The notes under the pieces are model-generated. The model was not told the DNA's origin, did not search any database, and saw only the letters and a list, made by a program, of their open reading frames with translations. This document shows positions 36,921 through 48,799 of a stretch of 64,000 bases of DNA, one piece after another; the first letter of the stretch is position 1, and every line of letters begins with the position of its first letter. This DNA comes from Oopsacas minuta (Eukaryota > Animalia > Porifera), in contig JAKMXF010000021.1 in assembly GCA_024704765.1 (NCBI GenBank), forward strand, positions 25,637 to 89,636, written 5' to 3'. The position numbers and the translations under genes were made by a program.

Positions 36921-37117
36921 CTTGCATCAATATATGGTATCGCAAAGTCAATCTCATTTCACACCTGGAGGAAAAAAATTCATTTAGTGCGGTGACTATT
37001 TTACCAGAAAGGACCGTAGTGGGATCAAAATGTCCAGGACTAATCTACTGCAATATACATGAACTGATCATTGAAAATAATTGCTATATAATTCTGTCAA
37101 CAAATTCATTTTTGGAT

Positions 37118-37918
37118 CTGTATATTTTTGATCGAATTTTATGTAGAAGTATGATCGAATTTTATGTAGAAGTTTGATCAAATTTTCTTACGTCGAACTA
37201 GTGATCGAATGAAAAAAAGGGCAAATTTTGATCAAAGTTCCACTAAAATGTCTCCAATCGAAATTTGATGGAAAAATTGAGGAATTTTAATGAAAAATGG
37301 GAACTTTGGTCAAAAATGAGAACTTTGATCGAAAATGAGAACTTTGATCAAAAATGGGAAGTTGAACAAATGAGAAATTTGAGCGAAAATGGGAACTTTG
37401 AGCGAAAATGGAGAAAATACAACAAAAAAATCCAACGATACGCCATTTTACAAAGAATAATAATAATCAGTCCAAAAAAATTCCATCCAATCATAAAATT
37501 AGCATAAATTCCACATTCCCATCCTTTAGTAGCTAATAACGAAACACTAATAAATACTCCCAGAGCCATAAGGAAGCGAAATAAATCCCTAATACCCACC
37601 CAATGGTACTCTTTCTAACTAATAAAATATAAAGTTCGTGTGGAATTTATGTTAAATTTTTGATTGGATGAAGTTTTTTGGATTGATTAATATTAATCTC
37701 TGTAAAATGGCGTATCGTTGGATTTAATTGTTGTATTTTCTCCGTTTTCGATCAAAGTTCCCCTTTTCGTTCAAAATTCTACAATTTTTCGATCAAAGTT
37801 CGACTGGAGACATTCTTGTAGAACTTTGATCAAAATTTTCCTTTTTCATCATTCAATCAAAGTTCGACATAAGAAAATTTGATCAAAGTTCTACATAAAA
37901 TTCGATCAAAATATACAG
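37118..37918. mobile_element. Foldback element with internal ~18-bp tandem repeats in the arms (true ends may extend to about 37040 and 38014)
   Basis: Arm 37118-37520 is the imperfect reverse complement of about 37640-37918 (e.g. CAACGATACGCCATTTTACA vs TGTAAAATGGCGTATCGTTG). GAACTTTGATCRAAAAT units repeat a different number of times in each arm. Confidence 0.85.
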
Positions 37919-38825
37919 CTGCAAATGGATGTTTAACATTTTATTATACTTTTACAACAACAAAAACAATTTGATCAAATATAATTGATAATAGTGCAGT
38001 TCGCTCTCTGGGTGGTTGCACAGAGCGCTTCGGCCGTACATTCGGGGAGCCTGCGTCTATTTAGCTGAAGGTAAAAGCTGCCAAATTTCTTATAGTGTTT
38101 GCGTTGCCATCCGAAAGGATATACCTAAACTACGTCGTCAAAATTGAAATTAAAGACTAAATTATCCATGCTCCACACTAATATATAAATAGTTTCCTTC
38201 AGTGGCACTTTGATGTCGAAATGCTCAAATTTTCAAAGTTGATAATCGCAGAGCAAAATGCAAAAATGTGATTTTCGATTATCCCAAGAGGTGAAAATTA
38301 TGTTCATCATCCACCAGATAGAGACTGATTGATGCAAAGATCGGCGCCAATGATTATAAGGTTTGGGAAGCTGAGTGTATACTAAATGCATGCCACATGA
38401 TTTAGATATAACATTGGAAAGTTTTCGCGTTTTTGGTAAATATTGGGTAAAATATGAATATTGGCAGAGCAACATCCCAGATGAAAACTTTTGAAACAGT
38501 AAATGTATCAGTTTCCTTGTAACAAGGTTTCAAATCAGGAGCACATTTAGAAATATTTACTAAGTACTCTCTCAGATGACGAGATGTGGGCTGGAATGAG
38601 TTTGGACAGACTTGTGAGTAATATAAAAATATATAACATATGCATTCTGGTCAAAAAGTAAAATGTAATTAGAGGGCAACCAATAAATTACCAAGGACTG
38701 AATTGACATATCACTGGGGAATGGTCCAAGTACATCAAATAATACAAGAGCCTTATAGTATAAAATGAAAAGAAGTACGCAGATGATGCAAAAAATATAA
38801 TACAGAATCTACGAAAAAGAAGCTA

Positions 38826-39816
38826 GCAGCCAATTCAAATTTAAATAACGTGTTCACTTCAATAGTGTATTTGACCGACTAACCGTATATCTAGAGGAAA
38901 CTCTTGTTGTCATCCAAAAGTACAGCATTGGTGGATTACGAAATATCATCGGAATTGTAGAATATGTGTGATGACTTAGCATCGAGGTTTGAAAAGTTTC
39001 CATTCGTGTCAACTATGATCTGTTGTTTGACTGGCTTCTCATTATTATTTTGATACAAATTTTCTTCTATATACTGTTGAGGGCTGGTGGATTATGTGTT
39101 TAAAATTTCTTTTATATAAATATTCATTACTTTTGAAATATTACATTTTGAAAAATTCAACAAATAAGTTAAACTAGAGTTACTTCAGCCACTAATTTGA
39201 CTTACTTATACTCATTAGATTCAAACGAAATTATATCATTGGAAAGAAGAGTGTGGAAGGTTTTAAGTGATATGTTTTGATTATAGGAACTTATACTTTT
39301 AGTCACTTTTGGTTCAGATTTTTAGTGTATGGCTCCCTTGATTTTGTCCACCTAAATGTCAGAATTCGATTCTGAAATTTTATATGCATACTAGGGTGAT
39401 ATGGACGTTTACTAAATTCAATTTCATTAAACAATATTTACAACTCGCGGAGCCAGAAGAAATCAAATTTAAGGTGCTTGTGAGAGTGGTAGGGGATGAA
39501 TCATATTCTACATAAAGCACAGTCGGTTCAAACTCATGTTTCTTATCCCAATTCCTACTGAATTTTAATTATTTTGTACTAATCAATAGTTGAGACATAG
39601 ACATTTATAACAATATCGATATTTTCGTGAAACGATACAAATTTTCACCAGCAACGCCATGCAAAATTGATAATTTCTTAGGTTTTCTATTTATCAAGAA
39701 TTTCAACTTTTCCATCAAGTCTTGAAGTTATTCCTCTTGAGAACACCCTCATAATTATAGATACCTTCTTTCGTATCTTATTGTTCTATTCTTTAAATAA
39801 CATTGGGGTCTCTAGT
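38826..39816 (+). repeat. Near-identical ~990-bp inverted duplication, left copy
   Basis: Reverse complement of 45263-46252. I spotted only about three substitutions by eye. Confidence 0.95.
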
Positions 39817-40334
39817 AATGTTTCTACATTTGTGGTAATATACTTGAAGAGCTCATTTTCATTTTGAGCCAATGTTGGACCTCATTTTTATGCATACAAG
39901 TAAATACGTACGTACCTAGTAACAAGTACGTCAATCTTATGATATTTTCTTCGGGACTAACATATCTAATTTATTCTCAACACCTATATTTGGTTTTGTA
40001 TGGTGATAAATATAAAATATATAAGTAAACCTGTAGCTGACTGTTCAATATATCAGTTCCATCGTTTTGTTAATCAATATTTGCACTTAAATTCGACTTA
40101 TGAGAGGAAATGTTTCTTTTATGTAGGTATCAACTGCCTCTGATTTAACGGTCTATAACAATTCGACGGAGTGGATTAAGTTAACTGTATTGATAAAAAT
40201 AATTCTGAAAAAACTTATTTCTGCATTAGATCGGAAGTACTGATGTTGGGTAGATGCGCAAAATTGTATGTGTTATCTAATGCTAGAAATATATCTGCAT
40301 TTTGAATACACTAATGCATGTTTTGTTGGGGAAA

Positions 40335-42197
40335 CGGAACTTTCATCTCAGGAAATTTGGTATCCGAAATTTGGTCTCTTGGAATTTTCGTTGTTGTTTA
40401 ATTTATCCTTTATTTCAAGTTGTAATTAGGACAATTATGTGTTTAATAAGTGAATAGTAGAATTATGAATAAAGTATAGATGAAGATATATTGAAAGTCA
40501 AAGTCATATCATATTCCCCTAAGATAGTAATGGTATCCCGATTTCCGTAGTCTGAAACTAATGTTCTGATACGTTCATTACGATCCATTGATATTTTACT
40601 AACTAATTTCCTCTGGCCAGCCTCCCACTCTACTACTGTTGCTTTCCTGAATGGACTGCTCTCTCTGTAATACATTCAAGAATTTGGAGATTGTTGGGTG
40701 AGACAAGCTATGCTAGTTTGGAACGCATTGTGCCAACCCTCAGCAACAATATTCGCGCGAACTAGTTCTGCTTGCTCCCTTTCATACAAATTCAAAATTC
40801 TGATAGCGAATTGAATTGTGGAACTCTTCTACTTTGATCTGAAAGTCGTTTACCAATATAACTATCCTCAAAGTACGTTGCTAGATTCAGTGCTGACGCG
40901 GGAAAGTCTTGCAGAATAATAGTGAAACAATCAACAACGTCTTGTTCCGAAACAAATGTAAGGCTTGGTAACATTATTAAACAGAAACCAAATTCAAATT
41001 CTGACTGGTGCTGCCCTGTAAATTCTTCAGATTATATCTTTCGGTATATATTTGGGGAAGGTGAAAAAGATACATCCCGAAATTACGGCGAGAAAATGTT
41101 CATCGAAAGCATTAATTTCCACCTTTTCAAAGTTGACCATAATATTCGTAGGATTCAAGCCAGGGGATAATTCGAGAAGTTTCGAAGAAGCATACTATAG
41201 AGACAGTCTCTTTTATCTTGGAGGAGGGCGTATACACAGGGATAGACATATCCATCCTTCTCAGCATGCATCGTGTACAATTGAAAGAGGTATTCAGGAA
41301 CTACTTTAAATGTTTCGTCAACGTACCCTGTGTAGGATTTTTCGAGAAGTGAGAGAAATTTGGGTGTGGAGAAACAATCATTTGTTTATTGTCACCATAT
41401 CCGGAATCATATAGCAAAAAAGGTTCTTGTTTAAGGGTAATTTCGTATTGGGGGGATCAAGATTTCGGCAGCACATGTTGGGTTACCACGACTTAGTTGA
41501 GAAACTTACTTGTAATTCCGGATAGTTATTTTAACAGAGTTTAAGTTGGGGAGCTTTAATATACTTGATGAAGGCATTTGTTCAATCCCAATAGATAATA
41601 TAGCTCTCGAACTCTCTTCAGAATTGAAAGCTCGTTGTTTACATAATTATACCTTTTGAACATCACAATACGTGCGGGATCTGATCCATGAGTATGACCA
41701 TCTTCAATTTGATACATATATGTAGGTTTAATAACTAGACTATCTCTTGCGTAGATCCGAGCTTTACAAACTCCTCGTTTTTCACATATCCACTGCTTAA
41801 TATTATCCACCGACGTAACCAAAGTATATGCAAATCCCCTGATAGCAGCTTTATCTTTTCGTCGAGTACTCTTGACCAATTCAATAGAGAAAACTTCAGC
41901 CATATTAAAGTATGTTACGTTTGAGTTAAAGAAGAAACACATATAATTAAGATGTTAATAGTCTCGAATTGCTTACACGATAGGTTTTGGGTTAGTATGT
42001 GTATTTTAATCAAGATTGCCAGCTAGATTTTAAACAAATCAAAAATATTCAAATGCAACACCTATATTAATGTTATCATAAGAAATTTATATGCCCGTGA
42101 TTTGTACTTAAGAAACACTTCGATATGAAAATTCCAGAAACGAGATTTCCAAAGAGGCCAAATTTCCGGATACGAAATTTCCTAGATGAAAGTTCCG
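40335..42197 (-). mobile_element. MULE (Mutator-like) element with a FLYWCH-MULE transposase relic (about 41903-40430)
   Basis: About 65-bp imperfect TIRs CGGAACTTTCATCT(C)AGGAAATTT(G/C)GTATCCG... The minus strand gives WICEKRGVCKARI...HTH, NFEK..INAF....SGC.F, LPSLTFVSEQDV...YFEDSYIG and EGWHNAFQ. TSD not resolved. Confidence 0.85.
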
Positions 42198-43340
42198 CCA
42201 TTTGTTTTATTGATGAGTGTTTCCATTTCATTAAAGTTTTCACGGGTTCTCATAGCAAATAGCTCTGTTGAGTGTAGACCACTGATACCTTTGTGGTTAG
42301 TTCTAACACAACCAAGTCATAGTTTAGTATATCAAATGTTTTGTAAAAATATGTCTGGTTATGTGGAAGATAATGGGTATTTTCATTAGTTGGGTTCGGA
42401 AGAAAGAAAGGAATTCAATACTAATGGTACTACTATCTTACAAAATGTTTATTCTGAATACCTAGTTCGTGTTGAAAGTATAATTATGGAACCAATTCCC
42501 CCTCCCAAGGTTCACAATCCTAAGTGTAATGTAGAAAGTGAACAAGTTGTGGATACATTGCTAGAGGTTAGCTCTGGAGTTGACTTTGAGATTGAAAGTT
42601 GTGAATCTGGGTAATTGTATCTCGAAATAACATAATGGGAGATAGTGTGTGCATTACTGATTCGGACCATGGAATGTCATTGATCAATTGTTGGACGCAT
42701 ATGAGTCGGTGCAAGGTGGCGGGGTCCTCCCCAGGAAATATGTCAGGGAAGCCTGGACCTATCTCGCCCTAGGATGCCAGGCAATTGGTCTCTCCTCTGC
42801 CCCTCCAGATCATCATAAAATTTGAAAGTTCTACGCCTATGATTGGACGAATGTATTTTCTTCCAAGTTTTATGAGGAATATGGGTGTGTTGAAGTTCAC
42901 CAAATCAAATAATTTTCGATTTTCAGTTATTTTGAGATAAATTCATTATTGAGAACTATGATTTTCTAGAGAGAGCATCGAAACTAATTAGTCGGGGGGC
43001 ACCCAAAGTTGTTACGGGTCTGGCTAGATCAGATTGTAAACTCCTTAATTGTAGAGCATATGTATTTCATATTGGGGACAAGAAATAGTTAAATAATTTT
43101 GTAATTGTCAAGTTTTATTCTGAAGGATCTCTTTCAACTCCCTATACAGATGGTACAAGTGTTATAGTAGTAAATTTCTTGTAGCGAGCGCAGAAATATT
43201 GGAAAATTGCTAGATAATTATTCTGTGACTAAATATTTAAAAGTAATTCAATGATTCTGAAAAATAGAAAGATTTGTAGTGGCAATTAAACATATTTAAA
43301 ATCCGCGAACGTTTAATGAAAGTTAAATCAGAAAGAAAAC
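42198..43340 (+). repeat. Unclassified dispersed repeat, copy 2 (continues from 40230-40330 across the MULE)
   Basis: Colinear with 31990-32710 and carries extra small insertions. Plus-strand ORFs 42186-42389 and 42390-42614 are in one frame. Confidence 0.8.
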
Positions 43341-43937
43341 TTAAAAATTTAATGTTACTACTGTTTTACATCAGTGAACAGCTCATGTAATACACAGGAT
43401 CAGTTACAATATAGATAATAAGTACAAAATGGATAAAAGATCAAGAGAATATTCCTACATGTTTTTGGCCGGATCACAATTTGCAAAAATTTGTATGAAA
43501 TTGAACATCGTTTTTGAATTATCATGAAAATTTTATGTTTTGAATAACGATCCAATTATCATGAGAACAAATTTGCCGAATTAGAAATGTGTGTTAAGTG
43601 TGAGATATAAATTAGTAATGAAATACCGGAGGAATATTAGAATGAAGCCAGTGTAAATTTAATGCTGTAACTTACGGGAAAAGTCTCCCTTTGGTAAGCT
43701 TTCAAAAATTTATGAGAATACAAAATCCAAGATCAATGTTATTGAAAAAACCTTGATATTGGAGTCAATGTTTCTGAAGTAAAGAAAAATAATGTATTTT
43801 ACTATCCAAAATTAATTGATTCTTTATTTCACAAGGTTTTGTTTAAACAGGCAGCAACGCTAGTGATGAAATTGGTTTAGGATACGAAATGGAAATTTTC
43901 ATACAGTATAATTTGGAATTATTCATTGCAGAAATTA

Positions 43938-44849
43938 CAGTCAGGGGACAAAAGTATTCGAACACACAAATATATTGTCATAAATTGCATACTCATTCCC
44001 GCTCCTATAAATTGTGTAATCTATATTCGTAGCTGCTATCTAGTAATTTGCATAGAATAACGTATGTTTTTCACGAATTTCAAAAAATATCTTCGATTTA
44101 CACTTTTTGAAGGCGTTAATTATTAATAATTATTAGATAATTATTGATATTCAAAATATGTGGTGATTCAAAACCTATTAAGAATCTATAATTTCTGACT
44201 AGATATTTGAATTCTACGTAGGCGAGTTACCTCAGATTGAAATTTTCTATTGGACTGAACAATTTTTACCAAAGTTATAGAAGAATTTCAATTTGTTCCA
44301 CTTGTGCCACTTTTTTCAAAAGTGGCACAGGTGGCAGGAAAAAGCGCCACTGCAAGGAAATCAACTAGGTTAGGAAGAATAAGTCGAAGTAATATTTTCG
44401 AATGATATGACTATGCTAACCCTAGAAATCCAAAATAACCTCTTGGTAGCGGCCACTCGTGCCACCTTGGGAAAAAGGTGGCACAAATTGAACAAATTGA
44501 AATTCTTCTATAACTTTGGTAAAAATTGTTCAATCCGATTGAAAATTCAATCTGGGGTAGCTCGCCTACGTAGTATTCAAATATCAAGTCAGAAATTATA
44601 GATTCTTAATAGGCTTTGAATTAGCACATATTTTGAATATCAATAAAAATCTGATAATTATTTATAATTAACACCTTCAAAAAGTGTAAATCAAAACATT
44701 TTTTTGAAATTCTTGAAAAACATATGCTATTCTATGCAAATTACTAGATAGCAGCTACGAATATAGATTACACAATATTTAGGAGCGGGAAAGAGTATAC
44801 AATTTATGACAATATATTTGTGTGTTCGAATACTTTCGCCCCCTGACTG
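43938..44849. mobile_element. Non-autonomous foldback element, 912 bp, copy 2
   Basis: TA|CAGTCAGGGGACAAAAG...CCCCCTGACTG|TA. Same length and orientation as 24931-25842, with scattered substitutions. Confidence 0.92.
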
Positions 44850-45262
44850 TATACAAATTTTTGTGTATTGCTTTAGTGATGAATGATAAAAAAGCTCTGA
44901 ATACTAACTATAAATTTATCTATTTGAACCATCATGAGGGAGAAGTGCTATGCTGTGAGAGTGGCATATATACTATCATTTTAATTATCTGAGGTATTAG
45001 ACAAGTAACGTATATCAACTCATTATGTGTGCAGGTTAACTACAAAAGGTCCATAAATATATTTGTTGAAACAAGTTGCAATGGGAACTATAACAAGTAT
45101 AACGATATGACTTTCTATACATGCTGACAATCTAACATGTGTTGAATAATCTTACGAGTATGGTGTGTGCAGTAATGACCATCTTAAAGCACAATAATTA
45201 AAGTGAAGCAACTGAGGAGAATGAGAAAACAAATAAAATATATATAAAAATCATAAAAAAGC

Positions 45263-46252
45263 ACTAGAGACCCCAATGTTATTTAAAGAATAGAACAATA
45301 AGATACGAAAGAAGGTATCTATAATTATGAGGGTGTTCTCAAGAGGAATAACTTCAAGACTTGATGGAAAAGTTGAAATTCTTGATAAATAGAAAACCTA
45401 AGAAATTATCAATTTTGCATGGCGTTGCTGGTGAAAATTTGTATCGTTTCACGAAAATATCGATATTGTTATAAATGTCTATGTCTCAACTATTGATTAG
45501 TACAAAATAATTAAAATTCAGTAGGAATTGGGATAAGAAACATGAGTTTGAACCGACTGTGCTTTATGTAGAATATGATTCATCCCCTACCACTCTCACA
45601 AGCACCTTAAATTTGATTTCTTCTGGCTCCGCGAGTTGTAAATATTGTTTAATGAAATTGAATTTAGTAAACGTCCATATCACCCTAGTATGCATATAAA
45701 ATTTCAGAATCGAATTCTGACATTTGGGTGGACAAAATCAAGGGAGCCATACACTAAAATCTGAACCAAAAGTGACTAAAAGTATAAGTTCCTATAATCA
45801 AAACATATCACTTAAAACCTTCCACACTCTTCTTTCCAATGATATAATTTCGTTTGAATCTAATGAGTATAAGTAAGTCAAATTAGTGGCTGAAGTAACT
45901 CTAGTTTAACTTATTTGTTGAATTTTTCAAAATGTAATATTTCAAAAGTAATGAATATTTATATAAAAGAAATTTTAAACACATAATCCACCAGCCCTCA
46001 ACAGTATATAGAAGAAAATTTGTATCAAAATAATAATGAGAAGCCAGTCAAACAACAGATCATAGTTGACACGAATGGAAACTTTTCAAACCTCGATGCT
46101 AAGTCATCACACATATTCTACAATTCCGATGATATTTCGTAATCCACCAATGCTGTACTTTTGGATGACAACAAGAGTTTTCTCTAGATATACGGTTAGT
46201 CGGTCAAATACACTATTGAAGTGAACACGTTATTTACATTTGAATTGGCTGC
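45263..46252 (-). repeat. Near-identical ~990-bp inverted duplication, right copy
   Basis: Reverse complement of 38826-39816. Confidence 0.95.
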
Positions 46253-46327
46253 AAAGTTCTTTCTCGTAAATAATCTTAAATATGAATTCAACAATACAAT
46301 AAACGAAATAAATACAATAAAATTAAC

Positions 46328-46486
46328 CGATATATGAGTCTTCCTATTTGACTTCTGACGGATCCAATCTCATCAGCAATATTTCTTAATGATATATAGA
46401 AACCATCATTTCGTGCAGAGATAACGAGACAGGCAGCTGCTAAATTCAAACGCGATAGTCTTCTATACTTTGAATAATGAAATACT
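46328..46486 (-). CDS. Putative exon 2 of a TFIIB/BRF-family transcription factor (cyclin-like repeat)
   Basis: Acceptor TTTGGTGTTTAG at 46487, then (E)VFHYSKYRRLSRLNLAAACLVISARNDGFYISLRNIADEIGSVRSQIGRLIYR. This resembles the AAACLxIxxR...TLxEIA...IGR motif of TFIIB-family repeat 1. A weak GTTAAT donor follows at 46327. Confidence 0.6.
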
Positions 46487-46609
46487 CTAAACACCAAAGT
46501 AGAAAATCAAAAGCAAAATGATAGAATGATTTCTAACAATATTAAAAGTGGTACAAAGGGGCATAATCTTAGGGGACACAAGTAAAGAATAAACTATTCT
46601 AACATAATA

Positions 46610-47150
46610 CTAGTGCTCATCGCTTGCTGGGTCGCTGCGCGACAGCATAGTGCCCAGGAGACTTAAGTGTTAAATATTCCTTGATGGTTTGGGTATCTGC
46701 GCGACCGGATGTAATACTCATACAAAGTGCATCCAGGATAATATTTAGCTGAAATTCTTATTATTTACTACCCATGGTCCATCCAAATTCGATTTAATGG
46801 CCGTCTGTGGTGATAATGGAACTGCAAAGAGGCTTTTGGTCAGCAAACTAGTCTCTCAATGCCTCAGGTAATTAGAAATTCGTGAATTTGGATTTTGTAT
46901 AGTCAAGAAAGGGTCACAAAGCCAACAATTGAGCAAGTATTAGGTAAAATGTGATGATTTCAGAATATGACCGATTAAGGGGTACCTGTGATCCAAATTT
47001 CAAACTTTTATCATGTATATTGCCTCAGAAATGGCAAATAATTCGGTTTTTCGAAATCTAAAGGTAACAAGACGTCAGAATTTCGTAAGAGATGTGAAAT
47101 TTCGTCCAAGACTCTAAATTATTCGAGCCAGGCCCAAAATACCACTGTAT
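46610..47150 (-). mobile_element. Helitron-like family copy, minus strand
   Basis: The reverse complement ends GCTGTCGCGCAGCGACCCAGCAAGCGATGAGCACTAG|T with a GTCGC-GCA-GCGAC hairpin. Internal CAGTGGTATTTTGGGCCTGGCTCGAATAATTTAGAGTCTTGGACGA matches 7222-7266. Confidence 0.65.
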
Positions 47151-47506
47151 GACTAATGCGGCACCATGGCTACTCCTCTAGTTGTATATAATATGCAAAT
47201 TCTTAGGTATAAACACAACCATTATATATAATTATGAAACATAGATGAAATCGAGTTATTATGACTGCCAAAAAGTACAAAATAACTGCATATATAAAAT
47301 ATCATAGAAATAATTTGATACTGATATACACCAATTCAATATGAACACGAATGCTACAAATTATCTACTACTAAATATGGCATGTAATAATCCAATTATC
47401 TGAAAAATCGCGAACATATGTTCAAAAGTATATACCATTTTCCTCACTCAGAAGGGAAAGTAAAATCATGGATTTTGAAATATCCTGTCCCAGTAACGAT
47501 CATATA

Positions 47507-48799
47507 CAGGGTGGCCACTAAGTTTTGTCCCCTCTTTGAATAGTGATAACTATTTATGTAGCCATTCTTATAGATTATTACTTGGCATATATCTAATAGA
47601 TATGTCTAGCAATACATAAACAAATCCTACTCTATGTAGCCAACTTTGTTCTTGACTACACTTCTTAGTCGCGTTCGCGTTGGAAAGGACTCCACTGCGG
47701 CTCGCAGGGCCTCCTGAGGAATGATCTCTTCAGAGAGTCCAAATTGTTATGAGACCTTGCACAAGCCTTTGCTTCCAATATGGCCCAGATCGAGAAGTCC
47801 ATTGTGTTCAAGTATGGACTTGAGGGAGGCCATTCGTCCTTTGAAAGAAATCCAGAAATGTTCTCATGTAACCATTTTTGAGTGATATTGGCGATGTGAG
47901 CCGGAGCATCGTCTTGTTGGAAGACAAATGGTTGATTTCTAAATATATTTCTGCTCGAGTGTTTAATTACTGGTTCAAGGATCAACTGCCGATAGGTTGC
48001 AGCATTTATCTTGACCCCTTCAGGTACAAATATTAGAGGAGTCCGTCCATTCGCCGAAATACCGGCCCATACCATAATAGATCGGGGTTTTTGTGTCCTA
48101 GCTACATACAAAACATCCTCAGGGATGCTTGAAGAGTTTGGAGCTAATATTCTGTCATTCTGTTTGTTAGTAGCCTACTCTATGCTGAACAATTTTTCAT
48201 CAGAGAACAGAAACCGGTCAAGATTTTCAATTTCGAGCCGAGTAAGAAGACCCTTGCTTCTCGAGAGCCTTTCCAGCTTCATAGTCTCTGAAAGGAAATG
48301 AACAGTCTTCCTTTGATATGACCTGAAATCCAATTCATTCTTGACTAAATTCGCATCGATCCTTTGGATATGTGGACCTCAGCTGCCATTTTCCTCATGG
48401 ATCGTAGAGGATTCCTCCTTATTCGGTCCCTAACTAAATTCTTCATCCTGGGAGTAGTGATAGACTTAGGACGACCACTTCGGGGCATATCCTGAATGCT
48501 GCCCGTCTTTTGATAACGTAGGATAGTTCTATATACGAACTATCTCCTTGATTTTTTAAAATTCAGCAATTTAAAAATTTCACCTTGTGATTTACCTTTA
48601 GAATATAATTCAACAATGGCAGCCCTTTGACAATCCATAGAATATTGTACAAGATAAATTGAATAAACAGCATATAGCTATAAAATATAAAGTATGAAGT
48701 TTCTGAGAGTGATTTAATTGTATTAAACTTGTGGGTAGCCTAACTAGTATTTATTTGATATTGTAGCAAAGAATGGGACAGAACTTAATGGCCACCCTG
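47507..48799 (-). mobile_element. maT (DD37D) element, full length 1293 bp; transposase about 48620-47665, disrupted
   Basis: 25-bp TIRs CAGGGTGGCCA(C/T)TAAGTT(T/C)TGTCCC with TA TSDs. Motifs SGRPKS, LFSDEK, IMVWAGIS and FQQDDAPAH...WPPSSPYLNTMD (D-37-D). Confidence 0.93.

Noticed and set aside
37265-37599. Repetitive ORFs (MMEKLRNFNEKW... and the opposite strand)
   Set aside because: These are by-products of the 18-bp tandem repeats in the foldback arm.
39810-39816. CTAG|T at the inner breakpoint of the inverted duplication, suggesting Helitron-mediated copying
   Set aside because: No subterminal hairpin, and no TC 5' start at the other boundary.
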